DNA from: an uncultured Gammaproteobacteria bacterium
GTDB taxonomy: Bacteria; Patescibacteriota; Microgenomatia; Woykebacterales; RBG-16-39-9b
NCBI GenBank assembly: GCA_965231125.1
Contig: OZ246414.1
Coordinates: 827,239 to 891,238 of the forward strand
Direction of reading: 5' to 3'
DNA: 64,000 nt
Part shown: in pieces, positions 8,656-18,507 of the stretch
Numbering within the stretch: position 1 is the stretch's first letter
How the letters are laid out: every line of letters begins with the position of its first letter
Translations under genes and position numbers: made by a program
Notes under the pieces: model-generated
Told to the model about the DNA's origin: nothing
Databases searched by the model: none
The model's input: the letters and a program-made list of their open reading frames with translations, nothing else

Positions 8656-11600
8656 CTACTTATTTCCAGCTAGTTGTAAAGAGAAGTTTACAGCGGTGGT
8701 AGTGTTGACCAATACACTTGCCACCTTTACTTGTTTCTTATAACCAGATGCACTGGTAGTAACATTGTAACTTCCCACCGAAGGCTGGATTGCATAAAAA
8801 CCAGAACTGTTTGTGGTTGCCGATCCCACAAGCAAGGAATTACCTTTAGAACTAGCAACTGTAACTTTGATAATAGCACCTACAATTGGTGCGCCGGTAG
8901 AAGCACTCGTGACTTGGCCGGATAGTGTTCCGACTGTTGGCAGGGCAAGCGTCGTCGCTGAGGCACTATTTGAGGCTCCGGAAACATTACCGGCCGCATC
9001 ACGTGCCTTAACAAAGTAAGTATAGGTTGTTGAGGCAGCAAGCCCGGTATCTCCAAAACTGGTTGTCGAAACTGTAGTAATTTTACTGTTGTTTCTATAC
9101 ACATCGTAGCTGGTCACGCCTACGTTATCCGTACTGGTCGTCCAGGAAAGATTTATCTGGCTATAACTTACTGCCGCAGCTACTAAATTAGTCGGCGTCG
9201 TTGGCGCTTGGGTGTCTGGAACGGCTGGTGTGGTTGTTGTAGCGGTGTTAGAAGACCCTGAGTTGTTACCTGCAGCATCAGCAGCTATTACTTGGTAGTT
9301 GTAGGTTGTAGAGGCATTTACGCTAGTATCAGTGTAGCTATTTGTCGTAGATGAAGCAATTGTAATCCCATTTCTAACTACCCAATATTTTGCTATTCCC
9401 ACATTATCCGTAGAAGCATTCCAAGACAAACTCACTTTATTGTAGGCAACTGCTGTGGCAGTCAAACCTGTTGGAGTGCTTGGTGGTTGAGTATCTGAAA
9501 TTGGTGGGGCAGTTATCAACCTACCTGTCCTTGCGGCATCATGGCCAAACATAGGCCATTCATATTGGGCAGGGTTCGCGCCTGCTGTGGGAATTGTCCA
9601 AACAACCAATATTCCAGGGCGAACAACATCGTCAGGCGGAATGTGGTATCCAATAACTTCCATTTTCCCGTCGTTATCTAAATCCGCGACCAGCATTGGC
9701 CTTAAGAATTGCGGAACTGGTCCTTTTCTCCAATATGCAGAGCCATCATCATTCACAATAACTGCATCCGGATATGAGTCAGATGGGTATGGACTAAGGG
9801 AACAACAATAACCATTTGCCGTATACTCTAATTTACCATCGCCATCAATATCGCTTACCGAAGTTCCACCAGTTCCACCCATCTTATACTTCGTAAATAC
9901 ACCGGAAGCATTATCGTAAATAATCACATAGTAGAGAAAACCACCAACTATTTCATCTTTACCGTCGCCATTTATGTCCACTAAATCCGGCGCGTGGCGA
10001 GGTTGAGTTAGATACCATAAATAATCATCATAGGTGCCGGAAGTCTTCGGCGCGGTTTTCGGAAATCCCCAAACCAAACTGCCGTCTTTTTTCCAGGCAA
10101 ACCACCAAGCAGGACAAGTTGGGCATTGCCATTGAGCGCCGCCAAATGCTACTAATTCCAGCTTGCCGTCGCCGTCAATGTCGCCAAACCCGAGATTGTC
10201 CTTAAAATCAATGGGCAAAGGTCCTGTGGTGGTGTTTTGATTAGGCGAGGTGTAAGGCCAACTAGGTAAAAAGTTGCCCGCATTGTCTAATAGATAAACT
10301 CTGTTGAGAAAACCTAAGGCCATTTCTGGTTTGCCGTCGCCGTCCATATCGGCTATGGAAAAAGAAGTGAAATAAGGAAAGACGTTCTCTTTAGAAAGCA
10401 CAATGTCTTTTGGGAAGCCGGCAAGTTCTTCGCCGCTGGATTGATAGGCATGCAGAATATAGTGCCGGCCACTACCATCACCGTAGGTCCAATCTTGCAA
10501 GGCAATGATTTCTTTTTTGCCATCACCATTTAAATCGGCAATGGTCGGAGAGTGATAGTACCATGCAAAATGCCCGTATTGAGGCCAGCCCGGCATAACA
10601 GAACCGTCGCTCTTAAATACCCAAATAGGAGAGGAGAAAAGCATGCTTCCACCTCCAGCACCAGATTGCACCACAATTTCCTGTCTGCCATCGCCGTCTA
10701 AATCCGCCACGTTGACCGCTCCACCAAAAAAACCTTGGCTAGTTGCGTCTATAGCCACTGGGAAGCCCGGGAAATTGCTGCCGTCTTTTCTAAATACATA
10801 AACTTTATTCTGAACCGCCACAATTATTTCTTTTTTGCCGTCGCCGTCAAGGTCAGCTACAGCCGGCATAGCTTGCGATAATCCTCCACCACCCCCAACC
10901 GGATCCTGTTCAATGATTTTTGGCCAGCCGTTTAGTACGTCTTTATCAAGCAGCACCGCGCTAACAACAGATTCATTTGAAAGTGTGGAGTAAACCGTTA
11001 AGCGCAGCGAGTATTGCTGGTTGGGGGTTAAGGAAGATGTATCCCAGGTGCCCAACTGGCTATTAGTGACCGGCTGAGTGCCGCCATTGGCAAGGGTAAT
11101 GCCAGCCGTTGACCAAGAGGTTGGAGCAGAACCGGCACCCCATTCCAATTTGTAATTGGAAAACACCACTCCGTTTTTGGTAACTGCCGCGCCAAATACG
11201 GCAGTATTTCCCAAGGTCACTAAAGAATATGGGGAAGAAATAACTGCTTCTAAGTTGTCTATTAAAATATCATGAATTTGGAATTGATAGATTTTACCAT
11301 TGGTATCCGTAGCAGTGACCCTGATAATATTTAAGCCGTCAGGAATAGTTTTCGGGTCAATAGTCGCAAGCGGACCATTAATAACTTGCGTTGTTGAATT
11401 GGCGACTGCAATCCAACTCGTTGGCTGTCGGCCAATGCCAACTTCCACTTTATAACTCTTGAAGTTGGGGCCTGGTATGCTGCCTACAATAGTTATAACA
11501 CCGGTTGCCAATGTGCGGCTGCTCGGGCTTGTTATTATGGGCGAGAGGGGTTTGGTATCAGCTAAAGCAATAGAACCGCTTGCGCTAATCCTGCCATAGC

Positions 11601-13149
11601 CAAAGTCCTTGTCCTTTCCAACTGCGCCTAAATCGGTTGCGCCACTACGTATTATCTGCCGCACTTCTTCATTGGTTAATGAAGGATTTTTGGACAAAAT
11701 CAATGCTGCCAGTCCTGCCACGTGAGGCGTTGCCATGGATGTCCCTGAAACGCGGCAGTAGTTTGTCCCGACAGTGTTGCTTACTCCGCACATACCATTG
11801 ATTGAAGCCCTCGTAGATAAGATATCAACACCGGGTGCAGCCACATCTATTTTTTCGCCCCAGTTTGAGAATGAAGCTTTCAAGTCGTTTGAGTCAGAAG
11901 CTGCGACGCTAATCGCGTAGTCTGCAGATGCTGGCGAAAAGTCAAGTGCATCACCGTTATTATTCCCCGCGGCAACAACAGTAATCATTCCCCTATCATG
12001 TTCGTACTGGACGGCATCGTCCATTGCAACGCTGTTGCAGCCGCAGCCCCAGCTATTCGAGGATACCCTGGCGCCCATGTCGGCAGCATACTGCATAGCT
12101 TTAATGCCGGAGTCCAAAGAACCAGAGCCTCCAGCGCTCAGGAATTTCAGTGCCATTATTTTTACGTTCCAGTTAACGCCAACCACACCCAAGCCATTGT
12201 TGCCAACTGCACCAATGGTTCCTACAGTATGGGTGCCATGGCCATGATCATCCATAGGGTCGTTATCACTATTGGCAAAGTCCCAACCCAAATAGTCATC
12301 AACATAGCCATTGCTGTCGTCGTCTTTATTGTTGCCGGGAATTTCTTTGGTGTTAACCCACATATTGCTCGCTATATCCTGGTGGTTTCTGTCAACTCCT
12401 GTATCAATGCCAGCCACAACTATGTTCGCTGATCCTGTAGCTTGATTCCAAGCTGTTTCTGTACTTATCTTTTTCATTCCCCACATATCTGGATAGGTTT
12501 GACCCCACGAGCCGGTTGAGGAATAATATGGATCATTGGGAACTACAAACACCTCAACAGTATAATTTAAATCTACCGCTTCAATATTTGGATCTATCTT
12601 AAGTTTGGAGATAACCTTCTGTAAGTCCATTACAGATTGAGGGTTTGCTCTTGTCGATTTAGCGTTGGGGCTGGTTTTTCCGGTTTGGATAATTGATAAA
12701 GCCTTATTAAGTCTGCCTACAGCTTTCTCTTTTGGCGCATCCAGTGTCAGCTTATACCAGGAGAAAAGGTCGTGATCGGAACTTGAGTTTCTACCTACTT
12801 TGGCGACTCTTTTAAATCCTTTTCCATGGTTTTCCTTAAAGATGTTGTTTAATGATTCTATGCCGACATCCTGCGCATTGCCTTCTTTTACCTTTCCACG
12901 AGCATCTTTTTTTATTTTTATTAGAAGTTCGTTTGAGAGAAATTCAGTTTCTTTATTTTTTATTGGTGCCTGAGCCTGAGTTTGTTTGTTGGTGTTTAGG
13001 GGTTGAAAGATTCCAATGACAGTCAGAGGAATGATTAGTAGAAGGAAGACCGTAAGACCAACCGCGACAAGGTCGTTACGCTTATACGGTGGGTTTATTG
13101 CCTCTTGGTAGTTTTTTATCCCTGATTTAAATAAATCGACAGCTCTCAT
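8656..13149 (-). CDS. Membrane-anchored subtilisin-like S8 protease with FG-GAP/VCBS repeats, two FN3 domains and a carboxypeptidase-regulatory-like domain
   Basis: IDTG, HGTHTVG, SGTSMATPHVAG triad motifs; ADLDGDG repeats; DTQPPSTPTGL FN3 starts. Confidence 0.93.
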   Translation of the reverse strand: MRAVDLFKSGIKNYQEAINPPYKRNDLVAVGLTVFLLLIIPLTVIGIFQPLNTNKQTQAQAPIKNKETEFLSNELLIKIKKDARGKVKEGNAQDVGIESLNNIFKENHGKGFKRVAKVGRNSSSDHDLFSWYKLTLDAPKEKAVGRLNKALSIIQTGKTSPNAKSTRANPQSVMDLQKVISKLKIDPNIEAVDLNYTVEVFVVPNDPYYSSTGSWGQTYPDMWGMKKISTETAWNQATGSANIVVAGIDTGVDRNHQDIASNMWVNTKEIPGNNKDDDSNGYVDDYLGWDFANSDNDPMDDHGHGTHTVGTIGAVGNNGLGVVGVNWNVKIMALKFLSAGGSGSLDSGIKAMQYAADMGARVSSNSWGCGCNSVAMDDAVQYEHDRGMITVVAAGNNNGDALDFSPASADYAISVAASDSNDLKASFSNWGEKIDVAAPGVDILSTRASINGMCGVSNTVGTNYCRVSGTSMATPHVAGLAALILSKNPSLTNEEVRQIIRSGATDLGAVGKDKDFGYGRISASGSIALADTKPLSPIITSPSSRTLATGVITIVGSIPGPNFKSYKVEVGIGRQPTSWIAVANSTTQVINGPLATIDPKTIPDGLNIIRVTATDTNGKIYQFQIHDILIDNLEAVISSPYSLVTLGNTAVFGAAVTKNGVVFSNYKLEWGAGSAPTSWSTAGITLANGGTQPVTNSQLGTWDTSSLTPNQQYSLRLTVYSTLSNESVVSAVLLDKDVLNGWPKIIEQDPVGGGGGLSQAMPAVADLDGDGKKEIIVAVQNKVYVFRKDGSNFPGFPVAIDATSQGFFGGAVNVADLDGDGRQEIVVQSGAGGGSMLFSSPIWVFKSDGSVMPGWPQYGHFAWYYHSPTIADLNGDGKKEIIALQDWTYGDGSGRHYILHAYQSSGEELAGFPKDIVLSKENVFPYFTSFSIADMDGDGKPEMALGFLNRVYLLDNAGNFLPSWPYTSPNQNTTTGPLPIDFKDNLGFGDIDGDGKLELVAFGGAQWQCPTCPAWWFAWKKDGSLVWGFPKTAPKTSGTYDDYLWYLTQPRHAPDLVDINGDGKDEIVGGFLYYVIIYDNASGVFTKYKMGGTGGTSVSDIDGDGKLEYTANGYCCSLSPYPSDSYPDAVIVNDDGSAYWRKGPVPQFLRPMLVADLDNDGKMEVIGYHIPPDDVVRPGILVVWTIPTAGANPAQYEWPMFGHDAARTGRLITAPPISDTQPPSTPTGLTATAVAYNKVSLSWNASTDNVGIAKYWVVRNGITIASSTTNSYTDTSVNASTTYNYQVIAADAAGNNSGSSNTATTTTPAVPDTQAPTTPTNLVAAAVSYSQINLSWTTSTDNVGVTSYDVYRNNSKITTVSTTSFGDTGLAASTTYTYFVKARDAAGNVSGASNSASATTLALPTVGTLSGQVTSASTGAPIVGAIIKVTVASSKGNSLLVGSATTNSSGFYAIQPSVGSYNVTTSASGYKKQVKVASVLVNTTTAVNFSLQLAGNK

Positions 13150-13297
13150 TATGGGCAGATAAAAAATTAAATCTCACTTAGTAAAAAAATTATCTCTCCT
13201 GGTTGCTTGGTTGTCAAATTTTTAACCCTATGGGATTGACATCTGGTTTGAGAGCTGCTATAATACCTGATTAATCTTAGTTAGAAGGAGGGAAAGG

Positions 13298-13609
13298 ATG
13301 AGAGGTCTTTTCGTAGTAGCGATAGTTGCTGTAGCCTTGTTGCTCGGCGGTTTCATCGCAATCGGCTCTAAGGTGGAGGCGGCTCCGGCCGTCCCCAGGA
13401 ACGCCGAGACGGAGACCAACAAGTGCGTCTTGTACTCTGCCAACGGCGTCTTCTCGGGAGGCATCCCTGTGGTCTACCCGGCAACGGTCTCTTATAAGTT
13501 ACAGGACAGTTTTTACTTTCTGTGGCTACCGGGACAGGATCGGCTGAAAGTGGACACGCTCTCGGTGACCGCACTTCCACCAGACGGCTCCTGCTTCGGC
13601 ATCATCTGA
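13298..13609 (+). CDS. Small secreted hypothetical protein (GC-richer)
   Basis: Signal peptide, strong SD AAGGAGG, upstream TTGACA/TATAAT. Confidence 0.7.
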   Translation: MRGLFVVAIVAVALLLGGFIAIGSKVEAAPAVPRNAETETNKCVLYSANGVFSGGIPVVYPATVSYKLQDSFYFLWLPGQDRLKVDTLSVTALPPDGSCFGII

Positions 13610-13862
13610 GCTACTTTACGGCGCCAAGAAGGCGGTATGGTCTCAAAACCTGCCGCCTTCACTCTTTTTAAGATGAGAAAATCGAGTAGCGCACACTTAG
13701 TGTTACGAGCGGGCATTTTGGGCAAGCAAAAGAAGTATGAGATATTTTTATATATTTGGAGGTATTTCAGTTCTTAAACTTGACAAGTTATTTTTTAGTC
13801 TGATATGTTTAGTAAGTACTTTATTACTACTTTAAATAGTTTTAGTATACAAGGATATCCAA

Positions 13863-14063
13863 ATGTCTTTAGGAGACGATTTACCAGAATTAATGACAGT
13901 CAGAGAAGTAGCTACTTTTTTGCGTGTTTCTCCACTGACTATTAAACGTTGGGGGAAAAGAGGAAAATTACCAGCCATTCGAATAAACGCCCGTGGTGAT
14001 CGCAGGTATAAAAAAGAGGCGGTCTTGTGGTTGCTCGGAGAGATGAAACGGGAGGCGGTATGA
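13863..14063 (+). CDS. Excisionase/BldC-like MerR-superfamily HTH protein
   Basis: LMTVREVATFLRVSPLTIKRW...GDRRY. Confidence 0.85.
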   Translation: MSLGDDLPELMTVREVATFLRVSPLTIKRWGKRGKLPAIRINARGDRRYKKEAVLWLLGEMKREAV

Positions 14064-14103
14064 CTTCCAATTGTCTTGAACCCGCCTCTGCGGTTTGTCG
14101 GTA

Positions 14104-14191
14104 TAGAATCCTCCATAACCAAATTCATTAGCTTCGCTAAAGTAATTTGGGTATTCTCGGATTCTGCGCTTCGCACCTCGTGCCAAGCTAA
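14104..14191 (+). mobile_element. Two-hairpin TA|G...CTAA element copy
   Basis: TAGAATCC...GGA-TTCTGCG-CTT..GCAC..GTGC..AAGCTAA. Confidence 0.6.
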
Positions 14192-14317
14192 GAAAGGAAA
14201 CTGTTTAACTAATTTAAACGACTTTAATCTCCTTCTTGCGTCCAGCTAAGCTGGACTAAAAAAAGAAGCATTTTAGGTACCCCCTAGACCTCCCATGATA
14301 TAATTCACCATCAACTT

Positions 14318-15514
14318 ATGAAAGATAAAAAATTTAGTATCTTATTTATTGCAAATCAGTTAATCTATGGCGGTGCCGAGCGCTACACTATTTACGTGGC
14401 CAACGAAATGGCCAAAAGGGGCTATAAGGTGTCCGTGATATCTAAAGGCGGGCCAATGATGAAACTAATAGCTAAAGATGTTAAGCACTACTTTGCCCCA
14501 ACTCGCGGGACCGATATTTTAAGTCGGGCTAAAACTGTTTTAACCATAGTTTACGTCTCCCTAAAAGAAGGGGTAGATATTATTCACACGCAGTCAACCT
14601 CAACTTCCTTGGCAGCCAGGATCGCGAAGATAATAACTCGCACACCAATAGTAAAAACGGCTCATGGTTATCCTGAAGGCCGTTTCCCAACAGTCGCGCG
14701 AACTTTAAATTACACGACCGATAAAGTCGTAATGATCTCTGACTGGCTTTCGGAGCGTCTAATTAGTTTCGGCTTAAAGAGGAGTAAAGCAATTACAATT
14801 TTAAACGGCGTGGACGTTGAAAAGTTTTCGAATGTTAAAACTGACCGATCTATATTAAGAAGCAAGCTTGGATTTTCAGAAAAGGACAAAGTCATCGTTT
14901 CAGTTTCAAGAATAGTACCAGAAAAACAGTTGGAGCAGCTTATCGCCTGGTTCCCCTATGTTTTAGCTAAAGAGAAAGCCGCAAAACTATTAATTGTTGG
15001 TGATGAAGGGGCTGATGGAAGTGCCTACAAGGATTCACTTATAAAACAGGCAAAAAAGTTAGGACTCTTTGGAGAAACCATCGTCTTTTTGAAAGGAACC
15101 GATAAAGTTGCCGAGGTCTTAAAGATGGCTGATATTTTCTGCACTCCTTCGGTAGGAAAAGGTTTTGCCGTACTTGAAGCCATGGCTGCAGGACTGCCGG
15201 TTGTCGCCAGAAAACCCAAAGGTGTTGCTGATACTGTAATTGACGGTGTAAATGGATTTCTCTTTTCAGCCGGCGACTGGGTCTTAATGTCCGAAAGGAT
15301 AGTTTATCTTCTTCAGAGTAAGGACGTATCTAAAAAATTTGGTGAGCAAGGCAAAATCCTTGTAAGTTCTAGCTTTACGTTAGATCAAATGATCACGAAA
15401 CTGGAAAAACTTTATTTAAAACTTCTAAAATCGGGAGTACCCGCAAAACAGGCAGTTACTTCCCCCACCTTAAAAAGTGTCAAGAATCCCAAGTTGGACC
15501 CCGCTTTCGACTAA
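14318..15514 (+). CDS. Glycosyltransferase family 4
   Basis: GGAERY start, LEAMAAGLPVV motif. Confidence 0.9.
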   Translation: MKDKKFSILFIANQLIYGGAERYTIYVANEMAKRGYKVSVISKGGPMMKLIAKDVKHYFAPTRGTDILSRAKTVLTIVYVSLKEGVDIIHTQSTSTSLAARIAKIITRTPIVKTAHGYPEGRFPTVARTLNYTTDKVVMISDWLSERLISFGLKRSKAITILNGVDVEKFSNVKTDRSILRSKLGFSEKDKVIVSVSRIVPEKQLEQLIAWFPYVLAKEKAAKLLIVGDEGADGSAYKDSLIKQAKKLGLFGETIVFLKGTDKVAEVLKMADIFCTPSVGKGFAVLEAMAAGLPVVARKPKGVADTVIDGVNGFLFSAGDWVLMSERIVYLLQSKDVSKKFGEQGKILVSSSFTLDQMITKLEKLYLKLLKSGVPAKQAVTSPTLKSVKNPKLDPAFD

Positions 15515-15526
15515 TTTAATATTTTC

Positions 15527-16108
15527 ATGGAAATTACAAAAATTTACGACAAAGTCGCGCCAAAAATCTCGAGCTTTTACGATTCCCAAACTCATATTAG
15601 AGGCATAAAGGAATTTGTTAATTTCATCCCTAAAAAAGCAAAGGTATTAGACCTAGGAAGTGGTATGGGTAAGGACGTTGCCTTATTCAGCGAGCTTGGG
15701 TATGAAGCTGTCGGAGTTGATGGTTCAAAAGGAATGATTGGGCAGGCACGCAAACGCTATCCGAACGGAAATTTTTTGCTAATGGATCTAAGAAACCTTT
15801 CTTTTCCAGAAAATCATTTCGATGCGGCCTGGAGTTGGTCTGTGCTAACCCATTTGCAGGACACGGACAAGAGGGTCGTCTTGGAACGGATTTATCAAAT
15901 TTTAAAACCTGGGGGCTATTTTACCCAAATGGTGTGGCGAGGCAGAGGTGTGTTTGTGAGTAAGGATGTCTATCCAAGAACCCATTACCTACTAAGTGCG
16001 CCTTCCTGGAAAAAGCTTTACAAAGAAGCCGGTTTTGAGAATCTCTCAGTGAAATTTGTAAAAGGAAAAAGCCGCGGCGCAATCCGTTTAACAGGCCAAA
16101 AGGCTTGA
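15527..16108 (+). CDS. Class I SAM-dependent methyltransferase
   Basis: VLDLGSGMG, LKPGG. Confidence 0.9.
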   Translation: MEITKIYDKVAPKISSFYDSQTHIRGIKEFVNFIPKKAKVLDLGSGMGKDVALFSELGYEAVGVDGSKGMIGQARKRYPNGNFLLMDLRNLSFPENHFDAAWSWSVLTHLQDTDKRVVLERIYQILKPGGYFTQMVWRGRGVFVSKDVYPRTHYLLSAPSWKKLYKEAGFENLSVKFVKGKSRGAIRLTGQKA

Positions 16109-16199
16109 CGCCACTACGCCAGGCTTCTCGGCGTCAACCCCGCGAAACTTCACGGCAGTGGGGTTGACAGCAAGAGGGTTTTATGAAATACTTTGATAT

Positions 16200-16476
16200 A
16201 GTTACAACTCTTCGTTGGCTAACTACCGCAGCGATTGTGATGTAACCAAAAACTCTTCCTGTCGCTAAATATGCGCTGGAGGTAGTGGCAGCTTTTCGCG
16301 CTTCTCGCGAAAATCTGGCTCTTCGCACTTTTACAGATCAAAACCCTTGCCCATTTGATCTGTAAACCTGTCCTGAAATTGCGGCAGTTAGCCAGATCTC
16401 CGCTAGAAGTGTGAGAAGGTAACGCCCAAGAAGATAGGTTAAGATAGCCCCTCCCCGTGAGCGGGGAGGGGCTTTT
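16200..16476 (+). ncRNA. Unidentified structured noncoding RNA
   Basis: Promoter TTGACA-17-AATACT (16164-16192), 15-bp closing stem 16216-16230/16380-16394, internal hairpins, terminator. Confidence 0.55.
16446..16476 (+). terminator. Intrinsic terminator
   Basis: AGCCCCTCCCCG-TGAG-CGGGGAGGGGCT followed by T run. Confidence 0.8.
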
Positions 16477-16479
16477 CCA

Positions 16480-16547
16480 TAGTCCGAAGGACGCAGAGCG
16501 CGAAGCGATCGTTAGGAACATAGTGACGCAGAGCGCGAAGCGATCTA
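16480..16547 (-). mobile_element. Two tandem copies of two-hairpin element
   Basis: GATCGCTTCGCGCTCTGCGTC occurs twice, each ending in CTA. Confidence 0.65.
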
Positions 16548-16568
16548 TTTGTTTGACCGGTTAAAAAT

Positions 16569-17282
16569 TCATCTTTTAGTCAAAACCAGCCACACGAACC
16601 TTAGCAAAGATAAGTGTCGAGTGATACGCGAAGGTTCGCGCATTAATCTAAACAACCATTCCAAACCAGCCTTCCCCATCCAACTTGGAGCGCGCGGGAC
16701 GACTCCGGAAATAAAGTCGAACGATCCTCCCTCGGCAATTGAAAGCGGCACGCCAAGATCGTTTAGATGATCGGCGATCCATTTTTCCTGCTTGGGAAAA
16801 CCTAAAGCGACAAAAAGAATATCTGGTTTTGCCTGTCTAATCTTATTGACAACCGGCTCGTCCATACCAAAATATCCATTTTGAAAGCCGACCACTTTTA
16901 ATTTTGGAAACCTATCTCTTACTACCTTAACTAATCTTTCTAATACATTTTCTTTGGCTCCGAGAAAAAAGACCGAGTAACTCTGTCTTTGCGCCAAAGC
17001 CAAAACTTCCTCTGTCAGATCCGGCCCTCCAACCCTCTCCCTCAAAGGAGTATGTTTCAACCAAGACGCGACCATAAGACCCACCCCGTCCGGTGGAGCA
17101 AGGCTTGCGGAGTTTAAGATATCTTTAAACTCGCTATCTTTCTGCGCGTAAGTGGTAATTTCGGCATTAGGCTTTACCAAATATTTAGGACTACCCGTTC
17201 TCCCCTCCTCGACTAACTTTGTAACCTCAACCAAGGCTTCTTCGAAACTCAAATTATCAACTTTAACACCTAAAATTTCCAT
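16569..17282 (-). CDS. WecB/TagA/CpsF family glycosyltransferase
   Basis: ALGFPKQEKW, GGSFDF, RAP...GLEWLFRL. Confidence 0.93.
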   Translation of the reverse strand: MEILGVKVDNLSFEEALVEVTKLVEEGRTGSPKYLVKPNAEITTYAQKDSEFKDILNSASLAPPDGVGLMVASWLKHTPLRERVGGPDLTEEVLALAQRQSYSVFFLGAKENVLERLVKVVRDRFPKLKVVGFQNGYFGMDEPVVNKIRQAKPDILFVALGFPKQEKWIADHLNDLGVPLSIAEGGSFDFISGVVPRAPSWMGKAGLEWLFRLMREPSRITRHLSLLRFVWLVLTKR

Positions 17283-17339
17283 CTTATCCCCAGTTTCTAA
17301 CCTATAACGTTAAGGACTGTCCTTGGAGTTATAGGATAA

Positions 17340-18446
17340 CTAGCTTTTATAGACTTTCTCAAAAACCTTAATTGTTTCCTGGGCGGTTTTTTCCCAAGAA
17401 AAATTTTTTGCCCATTCCAAACCGCCAGCAGAAAGTTTACGCCTTAAGTCGGCGTCTTTAGCAAGCTTCGCCAAATTATTAGCGATGTCATTTACGTCGT
17501 TTGGTTTGGCCAGCAGTGCGTTCCCCCCGGAAACCTCCGGCAAGCTACTTACATTCGAGGTAAGAACTGGAGCGCCAGCCGCCATTGCTTCCAGAACCGG
17601 CAAGCCAAAACCTTCGTAAAGTGAAGGTAAAACAAAGGCGGTTGCACCTGTGTAAAGAGCGGGTAAATCCCCCTCCGAAACAAATCCCAAAAATTTTACA
17701 CTGCCGGAAACACCAAACTTTTTAGGAGCGGCGTAAATTTCATCATGAAGCCAGCCGGCTTTCCCAACTAAAACTAAATCAAATCTTGGGTCGGAAAATT
17801 TCGCAAAAGCCCCGATTAGGTTAACCAGATTCTTTCTCGGCTGAATTGTACCCACGTATAAAAAATATTTTTTCTTCAAACCGTACCTCAGTTTAACAGC
17901 TTCAACTTCTTTCTCCTGCCTTGGATAGAAAAAGGAATGATCCACTCCTTCATGAACCACGCTTATTCTCTTCGGCGAGGTCTTAAAAGTTGTAGTAAGA
18001 TCTTTTTTTGTAGACTCTGATATAGCAATTATATGGGTCGCCAATCGAGAAACATACTCTGTAGACCAGTTTAAATAAATCTTTTGGGGGAACTTGTGAT
18101 AGGCTTCGAGAAATTTCGCACCTAAATCATGGACAGTAACAATTGTTTTCAACGACGGGCGCCGAAGTGCCGGAATTGTATGGGCCGGCACAAAAAGTAT
18201 GTCTGGCGGCCGAACTAGACATTCCAATGACAACCGCACTTGGGTCCAAAGATATGGCATAGGTATGTACCTAGTGCTAATGTTTTTGTAGCTAACTTCA
18301 AAAAAGCGGGGCAGTTTATTGAAATAAAGTGTGTACCGATTGGTCTTATCAATTTTTCCGATTGCTTCAATAAGTTTTAGCGTGTAGTTTTCTGTTCCCG
18401 ACCGCTCATCTAAAGCAATCCTAGAAGCATCAATTCCTATGTGCAT
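17340..18446 (-). CDS. Glycosyltransferase family 4
   Basis: PSLYEGFGLPVLEAMA. Confidence 0.93.
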   Translation of the reverse strand: MHIGIDASRIALDERSGTENYTLKLIEAIGKIDKTNRYTLYFNKLPRFFEVSYKNISTRYIPMPYLWTQVRLSLECLVRPPDILFVPAHTIPALRRPSLKTIVTVHDLGAKFLEAYHKFPQKIYLNWSTEYVSRLATHIIAISESTKKDLTTTFKTSPKRISVVHEGVDHSFFYPRQEKEVEAVKLRYGLKKKYFLYVGTIQPRKNLVNLIGAFAKFSDPRFDLVLVGKAGWLHDEIYAAPKKFGVSGSVKFLGFVSEGDLPALYTGATAFVLPSLYEGFGLPVLEAMAAGAPVLTSNVSSLPEVSGGNALLAKPNDVNDIANNLAKLAKDADLRRKLSAGGLEWAKNFSWEKTAQETIKVFEKVYKS

Positions 18447-18471
18447 AATTAACGTTTGATTATAGAACTTT

Positions 18472-18507
18472 TTAGCCTCGATTTATCGAGGCGCAAGCGA
18501 AGCATTA
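18472..18507 (-). mobile_element. Two-hairpin element copy starting in the mreB stop codon
   Basis: TAATGCTTCGC-TTGCG-CCTCGATAAATCGAGG-CTAA. Confidence 0.6.

Noticed and set aside
13863-14063. Excisionase as evidence of a prophage
   Set aside because: No integrase or phage structural genes nearby; HTHs in the giant proteins also lack a recombinase catalytic domain.
16200-16440. RNase P, tmRNA or SRP RNA
   Set aside because: No GAGGAAAGTCC P4 motif, no tRNA-like T-arm with CCA, and no SRP helix-8 motif on either strand.
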